Notes: generated from the letters alone by a model not told the origin. Counted from the first letter of the stretch, positions 10,232 through 20,598 are shown. The stretch: DNA of 64,000 bases from Vulcanimicrobiota bacterium (GCA_050250895.1 JBFWNU010000001.1:1838884-1902883), one strand, 5' to 3'. Made by a program: numbers and translations.

Positions 10232-11677
10232 ATGGTCAGAGTTCGATTTGCTCCCAGTCCCACCGGCTATCTTCACGTCGGTGGATTGCGGACCGCACTG
10301 TATAATTTTCTGCTGGCTCGTCAGCAAGGCGGCAAGTTCTTGTTGCGGGTCGAGGATACCGACCGTAATCGCTATGTCGAGGGCGCAGTCGAGAGCATGA
10401 TCGAGTCGCTGGCCTGGGCCGGAGTGACCATCGACGAGGGGGTGGGCGCCGGAGGCGAGCTGGGACCGTATACCCAGAGTGAACGGCTCGATATCTATCG
10501 CCAGCACGTCGACATCTTGCTGGACAACGGCCACGCCTACTATTGCTTCGCTACTCCCGAAGAGCTGCAACAGATGCGCGATGAGCAGACCAAAGCCGGC
10601 CAGATGGTAATGTACGATCGTCGCTACCGCGGGCTTGACCCGGCCGAGGCCAAAAGCCGCGTCGAGGCGGGCGAGAAGCACGTGGTGCGAATGAAGATCC
10701 CCGACCACGAGACGGTGGTCATCGACGACCAGGTGCGGGGAGAAGTCAAGTTCGATACGAGTCTGGTGGACGACCAGGTGCTGCTCAAAGCCGACGGGTT
10801 TCCGACTTATCACCTGGCGGCCGTGGTCGACGACCATCTCATGGAGATCACCCACGTGATCCGGGGCGAAGAGTGGCTCACCTCGACACCCAAGCACCTG
10901 CTGCTCTATCGGTTCTTCGGCTGGGAGCCGCCGCGGTTTGCCCACCTGCCTCTGATCGTCAATCAACAGAAGAAGAAGCTGTCCAAGCGTGACGGCGATG
11001 TGTCGGTCGAGGCCTATCGCGAAAAGGGGTACCTGCCGCTCGGTCTGGTCAACTTTCTGGCCTTGTTGGGCTGGAACGCTGGGGACGACAAGGAGTTCTA
11101 CGCCAGTCTTGACGAGTTGAGCCAGGCTTTCAGCGTCGAGCGGGTCCACAAGTCCTCGGCCGTCTTTGATTTTGACAAGCTTAAACACATCAATTTCCTG
11201 CATATGCGGGCCACTCCCAGCCAGGAGCTAAGGAAAGAGCTGGTCCCGTTCTTCGCCAGGGCCGGCATCGAGATGCCTTCGGCCGATTATCTCGACGGGG
11301 TGATCGAACTGATGCGCGAGCGGGCTAGCCTGCTCACCGACCTGGTCGAGGGAGCGCGCTATTTTTACGAAGACCCCACCGAGTTTGACACCAAGACCCT
11401 CAAGAAGCGCTGGAAGGACGATTCTCCCGAGCTGCTCAGGGCTTATGCCGATGCCCTCGAGAGCTGTGAGTGGAAAGCCGATCAGCTGGAAGCGGTTCTG
11501 CGCTCGGTATGCGAGGCTCGCGAGGCCGGGGCCGGTAGGCTGATCCATCCCGCCCGGCTGGCGGTCAGCGGGGTGGGCGGTGGCCCGGGCCTCTTCGAGA
11601 TGCTCGAGCTGATCGGACGGCAAGCATGCGTGCGGCGGATGCGCCGGGCGGCCGAGACGTTGGCGGTGACGCCGTGA
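10232..11677 (+). CDS. gltX: Glutamate--tRNA ligase
   Basis: RFAPSPTGYLHVGG (HIGH), RVEDTD, THVIRGEEW, KLSKR (KMSKS). Confidence 0.97.
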   Translation: MVRVRFAPSPTGYLHVGGLRTALYNFLLARQQGGKFLLRVEDTDRNRYVEGAVESMIESLAWAGVTIDEGVGAGGELGPYTQSERLDIYRQHVDILLDNGHAYYCFATPEELQQMRDEQTKAGQMVMYDRRYRGLDPAEAKSRVEAGEKHVVRMKIPDHETVVIDDQVRGEVKFDTSLVDDQVLLKADGFPTYHLAAVVDDHLMEITHVIRGEEWLTSTPKHLLLYRFFGWEPPRFAHLPLIVNQQKKKLSKRDGDVSVEAYREKGYLPLGLVNFLALLGWNAGDDKEFYASLDELSQAFSVERVHKSSAVFDFDKLKHINFLHMRATPSQELRKELVPFFARAGIEMPSADYLDGVIELMRERASLLTDLVEGARYFYEDPTEFDTKTLKKRWKDDSPELLRAYADALESCEWKADQLEAVLRSVCEAREAGAGRLIHPARLAVSGVGGGPGLFEMLELIGRQACVRRMRRAAETLAVTP

Positions 11678-12432
11678 GCTGGTTGTTAGCTCTGGATTTC
11701 GACGGAGTCATCTGGGATAGCGTCGGCGAATGCTATCAAGTTGGCCGGCGCACCTATGAGAAGCTGTTTGGCCCTCTGCCAGAACTCGAGCACGGTTTTC
11801 GCCGGGGTCGGTGGCTGGTGCGCACAGGCGACGACTTCTATGTGGTCTTTCGGCTTTTGCTCGAGAACCCGGACATCGATTTCGAGGCCATGGACAAGAC
11901 CGCGTTTCTGGCCCAGAAGCTCGAATGGCAGGCGAACTGCGAACGCTTTCACCGCGAGTTCTACGCGGCCCGAGAAGCCCAGCGCGAGAACGACTTCGCG
12001 ACCTGGGCCAGCTTCCAGCGACCCTATCCCGAGTTCGTGGCTCAGTTGCCGCGCCTGCGCGAGATGTTCTCGACGGTGGCCATCTGCACCACCAAGGACG
12101 AGGCTTCGGTGGCCCGTTTGCTGGCCACGATCGGATTGGACCTGCCCGTCTACGGCAAGGAATTCTCCACCGACAAAGCGGTTCAGATGAGTCGTGTCTG
12201 CCAGGAGTGGAACGTCGCTCCGGCCAAGGTCTTCTTCATCGACGATCTGATGGATAATTTGTTGGCGGTAGCCCCCACCGGCGCCCGTCCGATGCTGGCA
12301 GCCTGGGGCTACAACACGCCGGCCGAACAATCCGAAGCCCAGCAGCGAGAGATTCCGGTGCTGGGTCTCGAGGGACTGGCTGAGCAACTGGCTGAGCTGA
12401 AGGAACGCTATAACCTCGGTCCGTGCGCCTGA
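11674..12432 (+). CDS. HAD family hydrolase
   Basis: LDFDGVIWDS motif I, FIDD motif IV; GTG overlaps the gltX stop. Confidence 0.8.
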   Translation: MSWLLALDFDGVIWDSVGECYQVGRRTYEKLFGPLPELEHGFRRGRWLVRTGDDFYVVFRLLLENPDIDFEAMDKTAFLAQKLEWQANCERFHREFYAAREAQRENDFATWASFQRPYPEFVAQLPRLREMFSTVAICTTKDEASVARLLATIGLDLPVYGKEFSTDKAVQMSRVCQEWNVAPAKVFFIDDLMDNLLAVAPTGARPMLAAWGYNTPAEQSEAQQREIPVLGLEGLAEQLAELKERYNLGPCA

Positions 12433-13106
12433 TCCTGTTTGACATCGACGGAACGCTGATCGCCACGGGAGGGGCCGGCATGCGGGCCCTCGGTCGGGCC
12501 TTTCTAGAAACTTGTGGTCTGGCCATACCGCCCGAGGTGCAGGCGGCCGGCATGACCGACCCCTTGATCGTGCGCGAAGCTTTTCGGTTGGCGGGGGTGG
12601 CCGGTCAGGCCTGGGCTGCTCACGAAGAGGTCATCTGGAGTTTGTATCCGGCCTATCTCGAGCAAGAGATGACCTCGGTGTGCACCCGCTCGGGTCTGTT
12701 GCCGGGCGTCCTCGAACTGCTCAAAGGCCTGGTCGACAAAGACGTGCGCCTGGGTCTCTTGACCGGCAATCTCGAGACCACCGCCCGCATCAAGCTTCAC
12801 CCGTTCGGTCTCAACGAGTTCTTCCCCATCGGAGCTTATGGGTCCGATTGCGCCGACCGGTGCCGATTGGGGGCGGTGGCGCTCGAGCGGGCACGCCGTC
12901 ATTATGGATTGGATTTTCGGCCCGAAGCCACCTGGTTCGTGGGCGACACTCCTCGCGACATCGCGGCTGCTCGGGCCACCGGAGCGCGGGTGCTGGCGGT
13001 GGGGACCGGGCCCATGACTCGGACGGTTCTCGAAGAGTTCTTGCCGGACGCGGCCCTGGACCATCTCGGCGAGCTGGAGGCGACTCTCGAGGTGTTGCTG
13101 GGCTGA
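12423..13106 (+). CDS. HAD family hydrolase (phosphoglycolate phosphatase-like)
   Basis: FDIDGTL, LLTGN, VGDTPRDI. Confidence 0.88.
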   Translation: MRLILFDIDGTLIATGGAGMRALGRAFLETCGLAIPPEVQAAGMTDPLIVREAFRLAGVAGQAWAAHEEVIWSLYPAYLEQEMTSVCTRSGLLPGVLELLKGLVDKDVRLGLLTGNLETTARIKLHPFGLNEFFPIGAYGSDCADRCRLGAVALERARRHYGLDFRPEATWFVGDTPRDIAAARATGARVLAVGTGPMTRTVLEEFLPDAALDHLGELEATLEVLLG

Positions 13107-13396
13107 TGTTTGTCGGGATAGCTCATTTTGACCTGTTTTTGCTCGAGCAGCCGAATTCGTTGAAGGGCAAGCGTTCGGTGGTGCGGCGACTGGTCGATCG
13201 TATCCGCTCTCGATTGAGTGTGTCAGTGGCCGAAGTGTCTCACCAGGAACTCTGGCAACGGGCCGGTCTGGGGATAGCCGTGGTCAGCTCGGACCAGAAG
13301 TTGGCCGAGAAACTTCTCGACGACGTGGCTCGCTTGATCGTGGGGGAGGGAACGGTGGAAATCGTGGACCAGCAGGTGGAAGTTTCAAGCTGGTAA
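13106..13396 (+). CDS. DUF503 (YlxP-like) protein
   Basis: MFVG...SLKGKRSVVR...VSVAEV...LWQRAGLG; ATG overlaps the upstream TGA. Confidence 0.88.
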   Translation: MFVGIAHFDLFLLEQPNSLKGKRSVVRRLVDRIRSRLSVSVAEVSHQELWQRAGLGIAVVSSDQKLAEKLLDDVARLIVGEGTVEIVDQQVEVSSW

Positions 13397-13447
13397 ATGG
13401 GGGTCTTTTTTTGCCGATGTCGAATAGGTAGGGTGGAAAAGAGGCAA

Positions 13448-15004
13448 ATGATGCAAGAAAATGCGTTCGCAAATCTACTGGGCGCCCGGGAGCGACGATC
13501 GTCGCTACGAGGCTTCGAGAAGAAGGCCGTTATCGGGTTTTTGGTCACCCTGAGCACGATGCTTGTGGTTGGGGTGGGTGTAGGCGCCCTGATGGATAGC
13601 TCGGTCTCGGTCGAGCAGCTCGGATTTGGCTTGATCCAGTTGTTGTTCTGGCCGCTAATCTTCATCCTGGCGCTGGCTCTGCCGCTGCTACAGGTGGGGC
13701 GCGATTCTTCGGTCCACGCTTCTTTTCTGCAAGGGGGCTGCTACTCCGAGGTACTGGCCACCCGGCTCACCAGCCGCGAGGTGGTCGACGGTGTCGCCCT
13801 GCATTCGGCGCGCGCCGCTGTGGGTTCTTCCTGGCGAGGAGTGTTGTTTGGCGCGTTGGTGGGCAGTGTCGCCTACCCTCAGCACCTCGACCTGATCTGG
13901 GCCATGACTTTGCTGTGGTTTCCCATCACCTGGGTGACCTGCTTGTGCGGCTCTTACCTCAACCAGCAGATGGGCATCTGGCGTGGCCAGTTGCGCAAGG
14001 ACCTGGGCGCCTTCTTTACCGACCTGTTACTGGTGGCCATTCTCTGTCTGCCCTTGCTGTTGGCGGCCACAACCGTCGAGTTGATGACGGTTTCAGGTAT
14101 CGAAGAGGGACCGCTGCTGGTATTGCCTCTGCTCATTCTGGCCGGCACGGCTCTGACGCGTTACCTGGCCATCCTTGGCCTCGAGCGCCTGCCCCGGATG
14201 CAGGGTCAGGCTCGCCAGACCGGCAGGCGGCTACTGGGGACCACCCGCAATCCCTGGATCAAACCCTGGAGCGACAACGCGGTGGTGGTGCGGGAAGCCT
14301 ATAAAGAGTCAGCCCGCACTCCCGGTGGTCTGGTGGGTTGGCTTTTCCTCAAACATTGGTTCTTACTGGGAGCGCTGGCCATGTGCACTCCCCTGCTGTT
14401 GATCGACGACAGCGAAGCAGCCATGGCTTGCTACGCTATCTTCCTGTTCCTGTTTGGGACGACTCAATGGGTGCTGGCAGGCCTGCGCACTCGCTCGGCC
14501 GTCATCGGCGAGATCGAGAATCGCACCTTCGCCATGCTGGAGAATACCTGTCTGACGACGGGCGAGTTCGTGCAGGGTTGGTTGACCGTGGGTTCGGTTC
14601 GAGGAGTGTTGCAAAGCCTCATCTTGCTGGTGCCACTGACCCTTTTTGCCCTCAAAGGCGGGGTGCCGCTCTCGGTGGCGTTCTTCCTCGGACTGGGCTT
14701 CGTCGGTCTACCCCTTTTCGGGGCGGCAGCCGGGCTCTATGCCTCGGTGGCTCCGACCCGGCGCGATGTCAATACCCGCTTCGGTATGACCCTGATGCTG
14801 TGGCCCTGGCTTTATGGCTTTTGCGCCATGATGCTGCTGCAGGCAGTGCTGTTACTGAGCATCCTCGCCGGCTCGGGCCTCAATGTCGAAGACTATGTGC
14901 TGACCGGGCCCAACGTGGCTGCCTTCACCTGCCTGTTCGTGGCTGGTTGCATCCTGTTGCTGTGCCGTTCGGTCAGCGAGAGCATCGGCTTGATGAAGCG
15001 CTAA
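13448..15004 (+). CDS. Multi-pass membrane protein, ABC-2 permease-like, two similar halves
   Basis: Many TM helices; repeated GCYSEVLATRLTSREVVDG / RTFAMLENTCLTTGEFVQG motif typical of ABC-2-type permeases. Confidence 0.55.
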   Translation: MMQENAFANLLGARERRSSLRGFEKKAVIGFLVTLSTMLVVGVGVGALMDSSVSVEQLGFGLIQLLFWPLIFILALALPLLQVGRDSSVHASFLQGGCYSEVLATRLTSREVVDGVALHSARAAVGSSWRGVLFGALVGSVAYPQHLDLIWAMTLLWFPITWVTCLCGSYLNQQMGIWRGQLRKDLGAFFTDLLLVAILCLPLLLAATTVELMTVSGIEEGPLLVLPLLILAGTALTRYLAILGLERLPRMQGQARQTGRRLLGTTRNPWIKPWSDNAVVVREAYKESARTPGGLVGWLFLKHWFLLGALAMCTPLLLIDDSEAAMACYAIFLFLFGTTQWVLAGLRTRSAVIGEIENRTFAMLENTCLTTGEFVQGWLTVGSVRGVLQSLILLVPLTLFALKGGVPLSVAFFLGLGFVGLPLFGAAAGLYASVAPTRRDVNTRFGMTLMLWPWLYGFCAMMLLQAVLLLSILAGSGLNVEDYVLTGPNVAAFTCLFVAGCILLLCRSVSESIGLMKR

Positions 15005-15040
15005 GGGCCGGTCAGGAATAAACTAGGAAACGGTGCGGGC

Positions 15041-15925
15041 GTGACCGTCTTTTATCTCGTCGAAGAGCAGCCGATCAGTCTTTATTGGGCTCGCGACGCT
15101 GCGCTGAACTGGCTCTATGCCCACCATCTGCAGGTTCCGTTTCAATTGGGTGGCCCGGAGTGGGCTCTTGAGCAGCTAGGCTGGTTGGGGCTCGATTGGC
15201 TTCCCATCGAGTCCCAGGCCGGCCAGGCGCTGGTGGACGAAGCCCGCCTGGACACGCTGGCCGAGCTTTTTCGCGCCCGAGGGATTCAAGTCGAACTCAA
15301 GCCGTTGCCCCGGTTCCATAGCGAATCAAGCCAGTTGAGTTGCTATCAAGCCCAGGGACTGGTAGCCGAGGCCTTGCTGACCTGTCTGGTCGAATCGAGC
15401 TGGAGTTCACCGCGCGGGGGACAGGATCTGACCCGGACGGAACTGCTGCTCTATTTTTCGCTTGACGGCCTGAAGTCGGCGGCGGCCGGGATCGAGGCTG
15501 AGCGTCTCGAGGCGGCCCATCGGTTCTTTCTAGAGGAACTGACTCCCAAAGAGCTTCTCGCGCGCACCCTCGGGTCCCGACTGCCCTGGCTCAGCGAGCG
15601 CGAGCAAATGGAACTGGAAGGGCTGGCCCTCCTTTACGGCGAGGAGGTAGAAGACCTCAACGAGTTTCGCCAACGTCTGGACTTTTTTTTCGAGCCGCCT
15701 GCTGCGCCAGCGGTCCCGGTGGCAGGCGCCGGGTTTGCCGGGCTGGAGAAATGGAACACGGCTACCCTGCGGGACCAGCTAGACGGTCTCGACCCCGCCG
15801 CGCGCGAGGCCGTGGCTTTAGCCACCGTAGGCCGTGACGAGCCTTTTCTGGCCGAGGCGCTGGCTCTGCTAGGCCGTGACAAAACGCTGGCCAGACTTGA
15901 GAAGGGTTCTTCGCTCGCAGGTTGA
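15041..15925 (+). CDS. Degenerate glutamyl-tRNA synthetase paralog lacking HIGH and KMSKS
   Basis: Collinear by-eye similarity to the gltX product in this window (see findings). Confidence 0.65.
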   Translation: MTVFYLVEEQPISLYWARDAALNWLYAHHLQVPFQLGGPEWALEQLGWLGLDWLPIESQAGQALVDEARLDTLAELFRARGIQVELKPLPRFHSESSQLSCYQAQGLVAEALLTCLVESSWSSPRGGQDLTRTELLLYFSLDGLKSAAAGIEAERLEAAHRFFLEELTPKELLARTLGSRLPWLSEREQMELEGLALLYGEEVEDLNEFRQRLDFFFEPPAAPAVPVAGAGFAGLEKWNTATLRDQLDGLDPAAREAVALATVGRDEPFLAEALALLGRDKTLARLEKGSSLAG

Positions 15926-15976
15926 AAATTCAACCATGCCAGGGAAAAATATTCAAACTACTCGGCGGGCCGTCTG

Positions 15977-18385
15977 ATGCTGGCCCCCGAACGAGTGCTG
16001 GTCGAAGATGTCGATCGTGTCCGAGCGCAAGAACTAGCTGAAACTCTGGGCGTTTCGCCCGTCCTCGGACAGTTGCTGTGGCAGCGCGGCCTGCAAGAGG
16101 CGGGTCAAGCTCGAGCTTTTCTGAGCGACGGCGTCGAGGCCTTTCACGACCCGTTGCAGATGCGCGACATGGCCGCCGCGGTGTCCCTGGTGCGGGTGGC
16201 CATTCAAGACCAACTGACCATCTTCGTTCATGGTGACTACGATGTCGATGGCATCAGCTCCACCGTCTTGCTGGTCGAAGCCCTGACCGAATTGGGGGCA
16301 AGCGTCGAGCACCACGTTCCGGATCGCTTCACCGAGGGTTATGGGGTCTCGATCCAGGCGGTCCAGGCCGCCGCCGAGCGGGGTTGCCGGGTCTTGCTGA
16401 CGGTCGACTGTGGCTCGAGCAGTGTCGAGGCTGTCGACCTGGCCCATCGGCTGGGCATGCAGGTCATCATCGCCGACCATCACCACATCCCCGCCGAGGC
16501 GCCTCGGCCCGAAGCTTTCCTCAATCCTCACCTCGAGGATTGCGAGTATCCTTTCAAGCCGCTGTGCGGCACCGGGGTGGCTTACAAACTCTGCGAAGCC
16601 CTCTTTGCCAGCTTCGGTAGACCCTCTCCCCACCATTTGCTGGATCTGGTGGCCATGGCTACCATCGCCGATGTGGTTCCACTCACTGGCGAGAATCGGG
16701 CTCTGGTGCGGGTGGGTCTCGAGCGTTTAGCCGAGTTTCGTCGCCCCGGTCTCAAAGCGCTGGGTGAGATCGCCGGGACCGAATCAGGGCGTCTTGGCGC
16801 CTGGGCAGTGGCTTTCGGCCTGGGCCCTCGCCTCAATGCCGCCGGCCGCCTCGAGCACGCGAAGCTTGGGGTCGAACTGCTGCTCTGTCGCGAACTAGAC
16901 CAGGCCCGCAAGTTGGCCGAGCGGCTCGACAATCTCAACCAGAAGCGACGGGACATCGAGCGACGAATGCGCGACGACATCGTCGAACGTCTGACGGAAA
17001 GGCCCGAACTGCTCGACCGAGGGGTGGTGGTCGAGGCCGGCGAGAGTTGGCACCAGGGGGTCATCGGCATCACGGCCGCCCGCATCGTCGACCTGTATGC
17101 CGTGCCCGCCTTCGTGATCAGCATCGAGGGCGACCTGGCCAAAGGCTCGGCTCGAGCCCCCGAGAACGTTGACCTCTATCAAGCCATGTGCCGTTGCTCG
17201 GATGTTTTCGTCAAGTTTGGTGGTCACCCCCGGGCCGGCGGTTTCACGGTCGAGACGGCCCGTATCGACGAGCTGCGCGAACGGCTCACTCCCATCGTGC
17301 AAGAACTCAGGACGGGGCCGGCCCCGGTGCGGGTCGACATGACTTTGCCGCTAGAAGAGGCCACCCTCGAGTTGAGCCACGAACTTGATCGGCTCGAGCC
17401 CATCGGCGAAGCCAACCCTCGGCCGCTGTTTCTAGCCAAAGGCGTTTTGTGCGAAGGGGCGCGGGCGGTAGGCAAGCACCGTGACCACCTGCAGCTCTAT
17501 CTAGGCCAGGGGGCTACTCGCCGCAAAGCGATAGCCTTTCGTCAGGCCTGCGATCTTGAGCAGCTTTCGCCCCATCGCCTCTATTACGACGTGCTCTATC
17601 ACTTGCAAGAAGAGACCTGGGAGGGCCAGCGGCGGGTGTCATTGGTGGTCGAGGCCATCCTCGCTCCGGAGCCGAAGCTGGTGCGACTGCTGGAGGGCCA
17701 TGGTCTCGACGGTCAGCGGGTCGGTTTTGATGGTCCCGAGCTGTGGGACCTGCGCAATCTGCGCGACCGCTCTAAAGCCCTGCGGTGTCTGCTCGAGCAG
17801 TGTGAGTCCAGTCTGGTGCTGGTGTCGGGCCAGAATCAGGCCGAGAAGCTTCGCCGCCAACTGGGCTGCCAGGTAGCTCTGCTCGACGAGGTGCCCCGAC
17901 CGGCCAAAGATATGATTTTGCTGGCACCACCCACCTCCTTGAGTTGGTTTCGCCACGCCGCCGTGCTGGAGGCAGGTCGTCTGCATCTTCTCTTTGGCCA
18001 TCGTGAACTGGCCCAGGAATACGCTCGTCAGCGCAGCCTCTGGCTTGATCGCCAACAGATGGAGCAGATCTGGCGCGGATTGATGCGCTCGGCTCGAGCC
18101 GGTGTGCTCAGCGAGTCTGAGCTGGCCCGAGTGGCCAAGACCGTGCCCGCTGCTTTCGAGACGGTCGAGGCGGCGGTGGGCGTGCTGGAAGAACTCGGAG
18201 TCGCCACCTGGGAGTTGGCCGAACGGGAGCGTCTTTTGCGCCTCGGCAAGGGCAGCGGGCAAAGTCTCGAAGACTCGAGCCGGTTTCGCGAGTTGAGGGC
18301 CCGGCGCTCCCAGTTCCTTTCGCTACGCTACGCCTTTGGCCAGCGACACCTGCGCCTGAGCGAGGAACTCCGCGGCGTTTCTTGA
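15977..18385 (+). CDS. recJ: ssDNA-specific exonuclease RecJ with long C-terminal extension
   Basis: HGDYDVDG, TVDCG, ADHH, TIADVVPL, PRLNAAGRL, FGGH; precedes apt and rel. Confidence 0.95.
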   Translation: MLAPERVLVEDVDRVRAQELAETLGVSPVLGQLLWQRGLQEAGQARAFLSDGVEAFHDPLQMRDMAAAVSLVRVAIQDQLTIFVHGDYDVDGISSTVLLVEALTELGASVEHHVPDRFTEGYGVSIQAVQAAAERGCRVLLTVDCGSSSVEAVDLAHRLGMQVIIADHHHIPAEAPRPEAFLNPHLEDCEYPFKPLCGTGVAYKLCEALFASFGRPSPHHLLDLVAMATIADVVPLTGENRALVRVGLERLAEFRRPGLKALGEIAGTESGRLGAWAVAFGLGPRLNAAGRLEHAKLGVELLLCRELDQARKLAERLDNLNQKRRDIERRMRDDIVERLTERPELLDRGVVVEAGESWHQGVIGITAARIVDLYAVPAFVISIEGDLAKGSARAPENVDLYQAMCRCSDVFVKFGGHPRAGGFTVETARIDELRERLTPIVQELRTGPAPVRVDMTLPLEEATLELSHELDRLEPIGEANPRPLFLAKGVLCEGARAVGKHRDHLQLYLGQGATRRKAIAFRQACDLEQLSPHRLYYDVLYHLQEETWEGQRRVSLVVEAILAPEPKLVRLLEGHGLDGQRVGFDGPELWDLRNLRDRSKALRCLLEQCESSLVLVSGQNQAEKLRRQLGCQVALLDEVPRPAKDMILLAPPTSLSWFRHAAVLEAGRLHLLFGHRELAQEYARQRSLWLDRQQMEQIWRGLMRSARAGVLSESELARVAKTVPAAFETVEAAVGVLEELGVATWELAERERLLRLGKGSGQSLEDSSRFRELRARRSQFLSLRYAFGQRHLRLSEELRGVS

Positions 18386-18424
18386 AGTCGTGCCTATTCA
18401 GGCTAACTGACCGAGGTGATGTCC

Positions 18425-18952
18425 ATGAGCAGAATTGTCGATTTGAGGTCGCATATTCGCGACATTCCTGACTTTCCCAAGCCAGGGATCCTCTTCAAAG
18501 ACATCACCACGCTGCTCCAGGACCAGAACGCTTTTCGCGCTTCGGTCGACCAGTTGGCCGAGGCTTTTGCTGGCGTCGAGGCCACTCACGTGGTGGCCCT
18601 CGAGGCTCGCGGCTACATCTTTGGGGCTCCTCTCGCCTATAAGCTGGGGCTGGGATTTGTGCCGGTGCGTAAACCGGGTAAGCTACCGGCCGAGACCGTC
18701 TCGGTCGACTATGAGCTAGAGTACGGGACGAACACGCTGCACATCCACCACGACGCCCTCAACCAGGGGGATCGGGCCCTGGTCATCGATGATCTGATCG
18801 CGACCGGCGGCTCGGCTGCGGCCACCGTGGCTCTGGTCGAGCGACTGGGGGCGCAGGTCGTAGGGTTCGGGTGCGTCATCGAGTTGACGTTTCTTCAGGG
18901 CCGCGACAAGCTCAACGGCTTACCTGTTCAAGCTTTGCTTAGCTACGACTAG
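18425..18952 (+). CDS. apt: Adenine phosphoribosyltransferase
   Basis: PDFPKPGILFKDIT, EARG, RKPGKLP, VIDDLIATGG. Confidence 0.97.
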   Translation: MSRIVDLRSHIRDIPDFPKPGILFKDITTLLQDQNAFRASVDQLAEAFAGVEATHVVALEARGYIFGAPLAYKLGLGFVPVRKPGKLPAETVSVDYELEYGTNTLHIHHDALNQGDRALVIDDLIATGGSAAATVALVERLGAQVVGFGCVIELTFLQGRDKLNGLPVQALLSYD

Positions 18953-18954
18953 CG

Positions 18955-20595
18955 GTGCTCAACCCATATCGCGACAACCCCTACCGGATTCTCGGCCTGA
19001 CCGTCGGCCAGGGAGGGCCGGGGCAGTCGCGCGAGGGCGAACTTCCCGAGCCTCTCGACCTGCCCGGGCTGCCTCTGCCGGTGCGCAATCATGACAATCT
19101 GATGGCCGCCTGGGACAAGGTGGCCGATCCGCGCACCCATCGGCGCTATGACGCTACCTGGTTTATCGTCGTCAACACCATAGATAAGACGGGGCTTGAC
19201 TACCTGCGCGGGGGCCAGGTCGAGCAAGCCCTCGAATTGTGGGGCCGTCCCCAGGCCGACCAGGAGCCATCGACACTGCAAAATCTAGCTGTCTTGAGCC
19301 ATCTCCTGGCGTTGGCAGAATCGCCTGGGCAAGAGCGTTTTTGGCTGCTGTGGGAGCAGGCCTTGCGGTCCTGGCTGCGTCTGACCGGGTTCAAAGTCCA
19401 GGATGTCTATCTCAACGAAACCATCGAGGCTATTATCGAGGACCTGGTCGAATTGGCTCAGACAGAGTTGCGCGATGGCCGGCCCGAGGCCGTAGCCAAC
19501 GTTCTTCGCCTCTTTCAGCGGGCCGGTTTGCCCCAAAGCCGGCTGGCCACCCTCGACAAGCTCTTCCTGGGGGACGAAGTGGACCGGCTGCGCTATCGTT
19601 GCGCTCGAATTCGCGAGCGTCTGATCACCATTATGCGCGAGCGCCCACCGGAAGTCTCCAAGGTCATCTCGGAGGTCGAGCGCGAGATGTCGGGAGAGAT
19701 TCTGCCAGCCATCGATTGGATCGGACGGGCCGGCCTGGATGGCAGCCAGCGTGTGGCCAAGGCCCACGAAGAAGTCAGCTTGCTTTATCGCACCCTGGCC
19801 AGGACCTGGGGCACTCTGGCCGATGACGACCACCGGCAGGCTCGGGCCCTCGAGGCCGCCCTTCGTTTCGCTCCCCCCACCCTTGAAGACGAGATGGAGC
19901 TCGAGCTGGAATCGCTGCGAAAGCAAACTCGAGCCCCCGAACTCATGCCTCCTTTGCCGCAGCCCGAGAAGAGGAAGGAAGCCGAGGAGGAAGAGCCCGA
20001 GCATCCCCCCCGCGACTACGCCTTCCTCAACACGGGCCTGGAGATGGTCCAGACTTCAATCTTTCACCACCAGCAGGTGGGGGAGGGAGTCTATTACGTG
20101 CGGCTCCTGGGGCTAAACGTGCTGCCTCTGGCCCGCTATCGCCTTTTTTTGACGGCCACGCATGATGTGGGCGGGGTGCATCGGTTACCCTTGACGGGGG
20201 GACTGGCGGCCCGAGCGGTGGTGTCCTTGCTGGCGCTCTTTTTTCTGGTCGCTTTTGGCTTGCAGCACCTGGCCGGACCGCCGGCCGGGGTCGAGCTTGA
20301 ACTCGAGCAGGCGGGACTGCGGGCCAAGGTCGACTATCTAGTCTCGGAAGCCTCACGGCTGGCCACCCGCGCGGCCGAAGCGGCCGAGACGGTCGAGAAA
20401 CTCGAGGTCGAGATGGCCGACCTGGAATCGAGACTGGCCTTGCACCCCGACGATAAGACCCTGCGAGAGAAGGCAGAAGAGACCAAAGTGCGTCTGAAGA
20501 AGGCCAGGATCACCTTCGAGAAGCTCGAGAGCGACCGGGCGGCGCTGCTTCGACGCGCAAATCGACTCAACGAGGCTCTCGAAACCTACAAGTGA
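18955..20595 (+). CDS. Hypothetical helical protein with late TM segment and C-terminal coiled coil
   Basis: 546 aa ORF tightly packed between apt and rel; NPYRILGL start; hydrophobic AVVSLLALFFLVAFGL; charged heptad tail. Confidence 0.6.
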   Translation: MLNPYRDNPYRILGLTVGQGGPGQSREGELPEPLDLPGLPLPVRNHDNLMAAWDKVADPRTHRRYDATWFIVVNTIDKTGLDYLRGGQVEQALELWGRPQADQEPSTLQNLAVLSHLLALAESPGQERFWLLWEQALRSWLRLTGFKVQDVYLNETIEAIIEDLVELAQTELRDGRPEAVANVLRLFQRAGLPQSRLATLDKLFLGDEVDRLRYRCARIRERLITIMRERPPEVSKVISEVEREMSGEILPAIDWIGRAGLDGSQRVAKAHEEVSLLYRTLARTWGTLADDDHRQARALEAALRFAPPTLEDEMELELESLRKQTRAPELMPPLPQPEKRKEAEEEEPEHPPRDYAFLNTGLEMVQTSIFHHQQVGEGVYYVRLLGLNVLPLARYRLFLTATHDVGGVHRLPLTGGLAARAVVSLLALFFLVAFGLQHLAGPPAGVELELEQAGLRAKVDYLVSEASRLATRAAEAAETVEKLEVEMADLESRLALHPDDKTLREKAEETKVRLKKARITFEKLESDRAALLRRANRLNEALETYK

Positions 20596-20598
20596 TTG

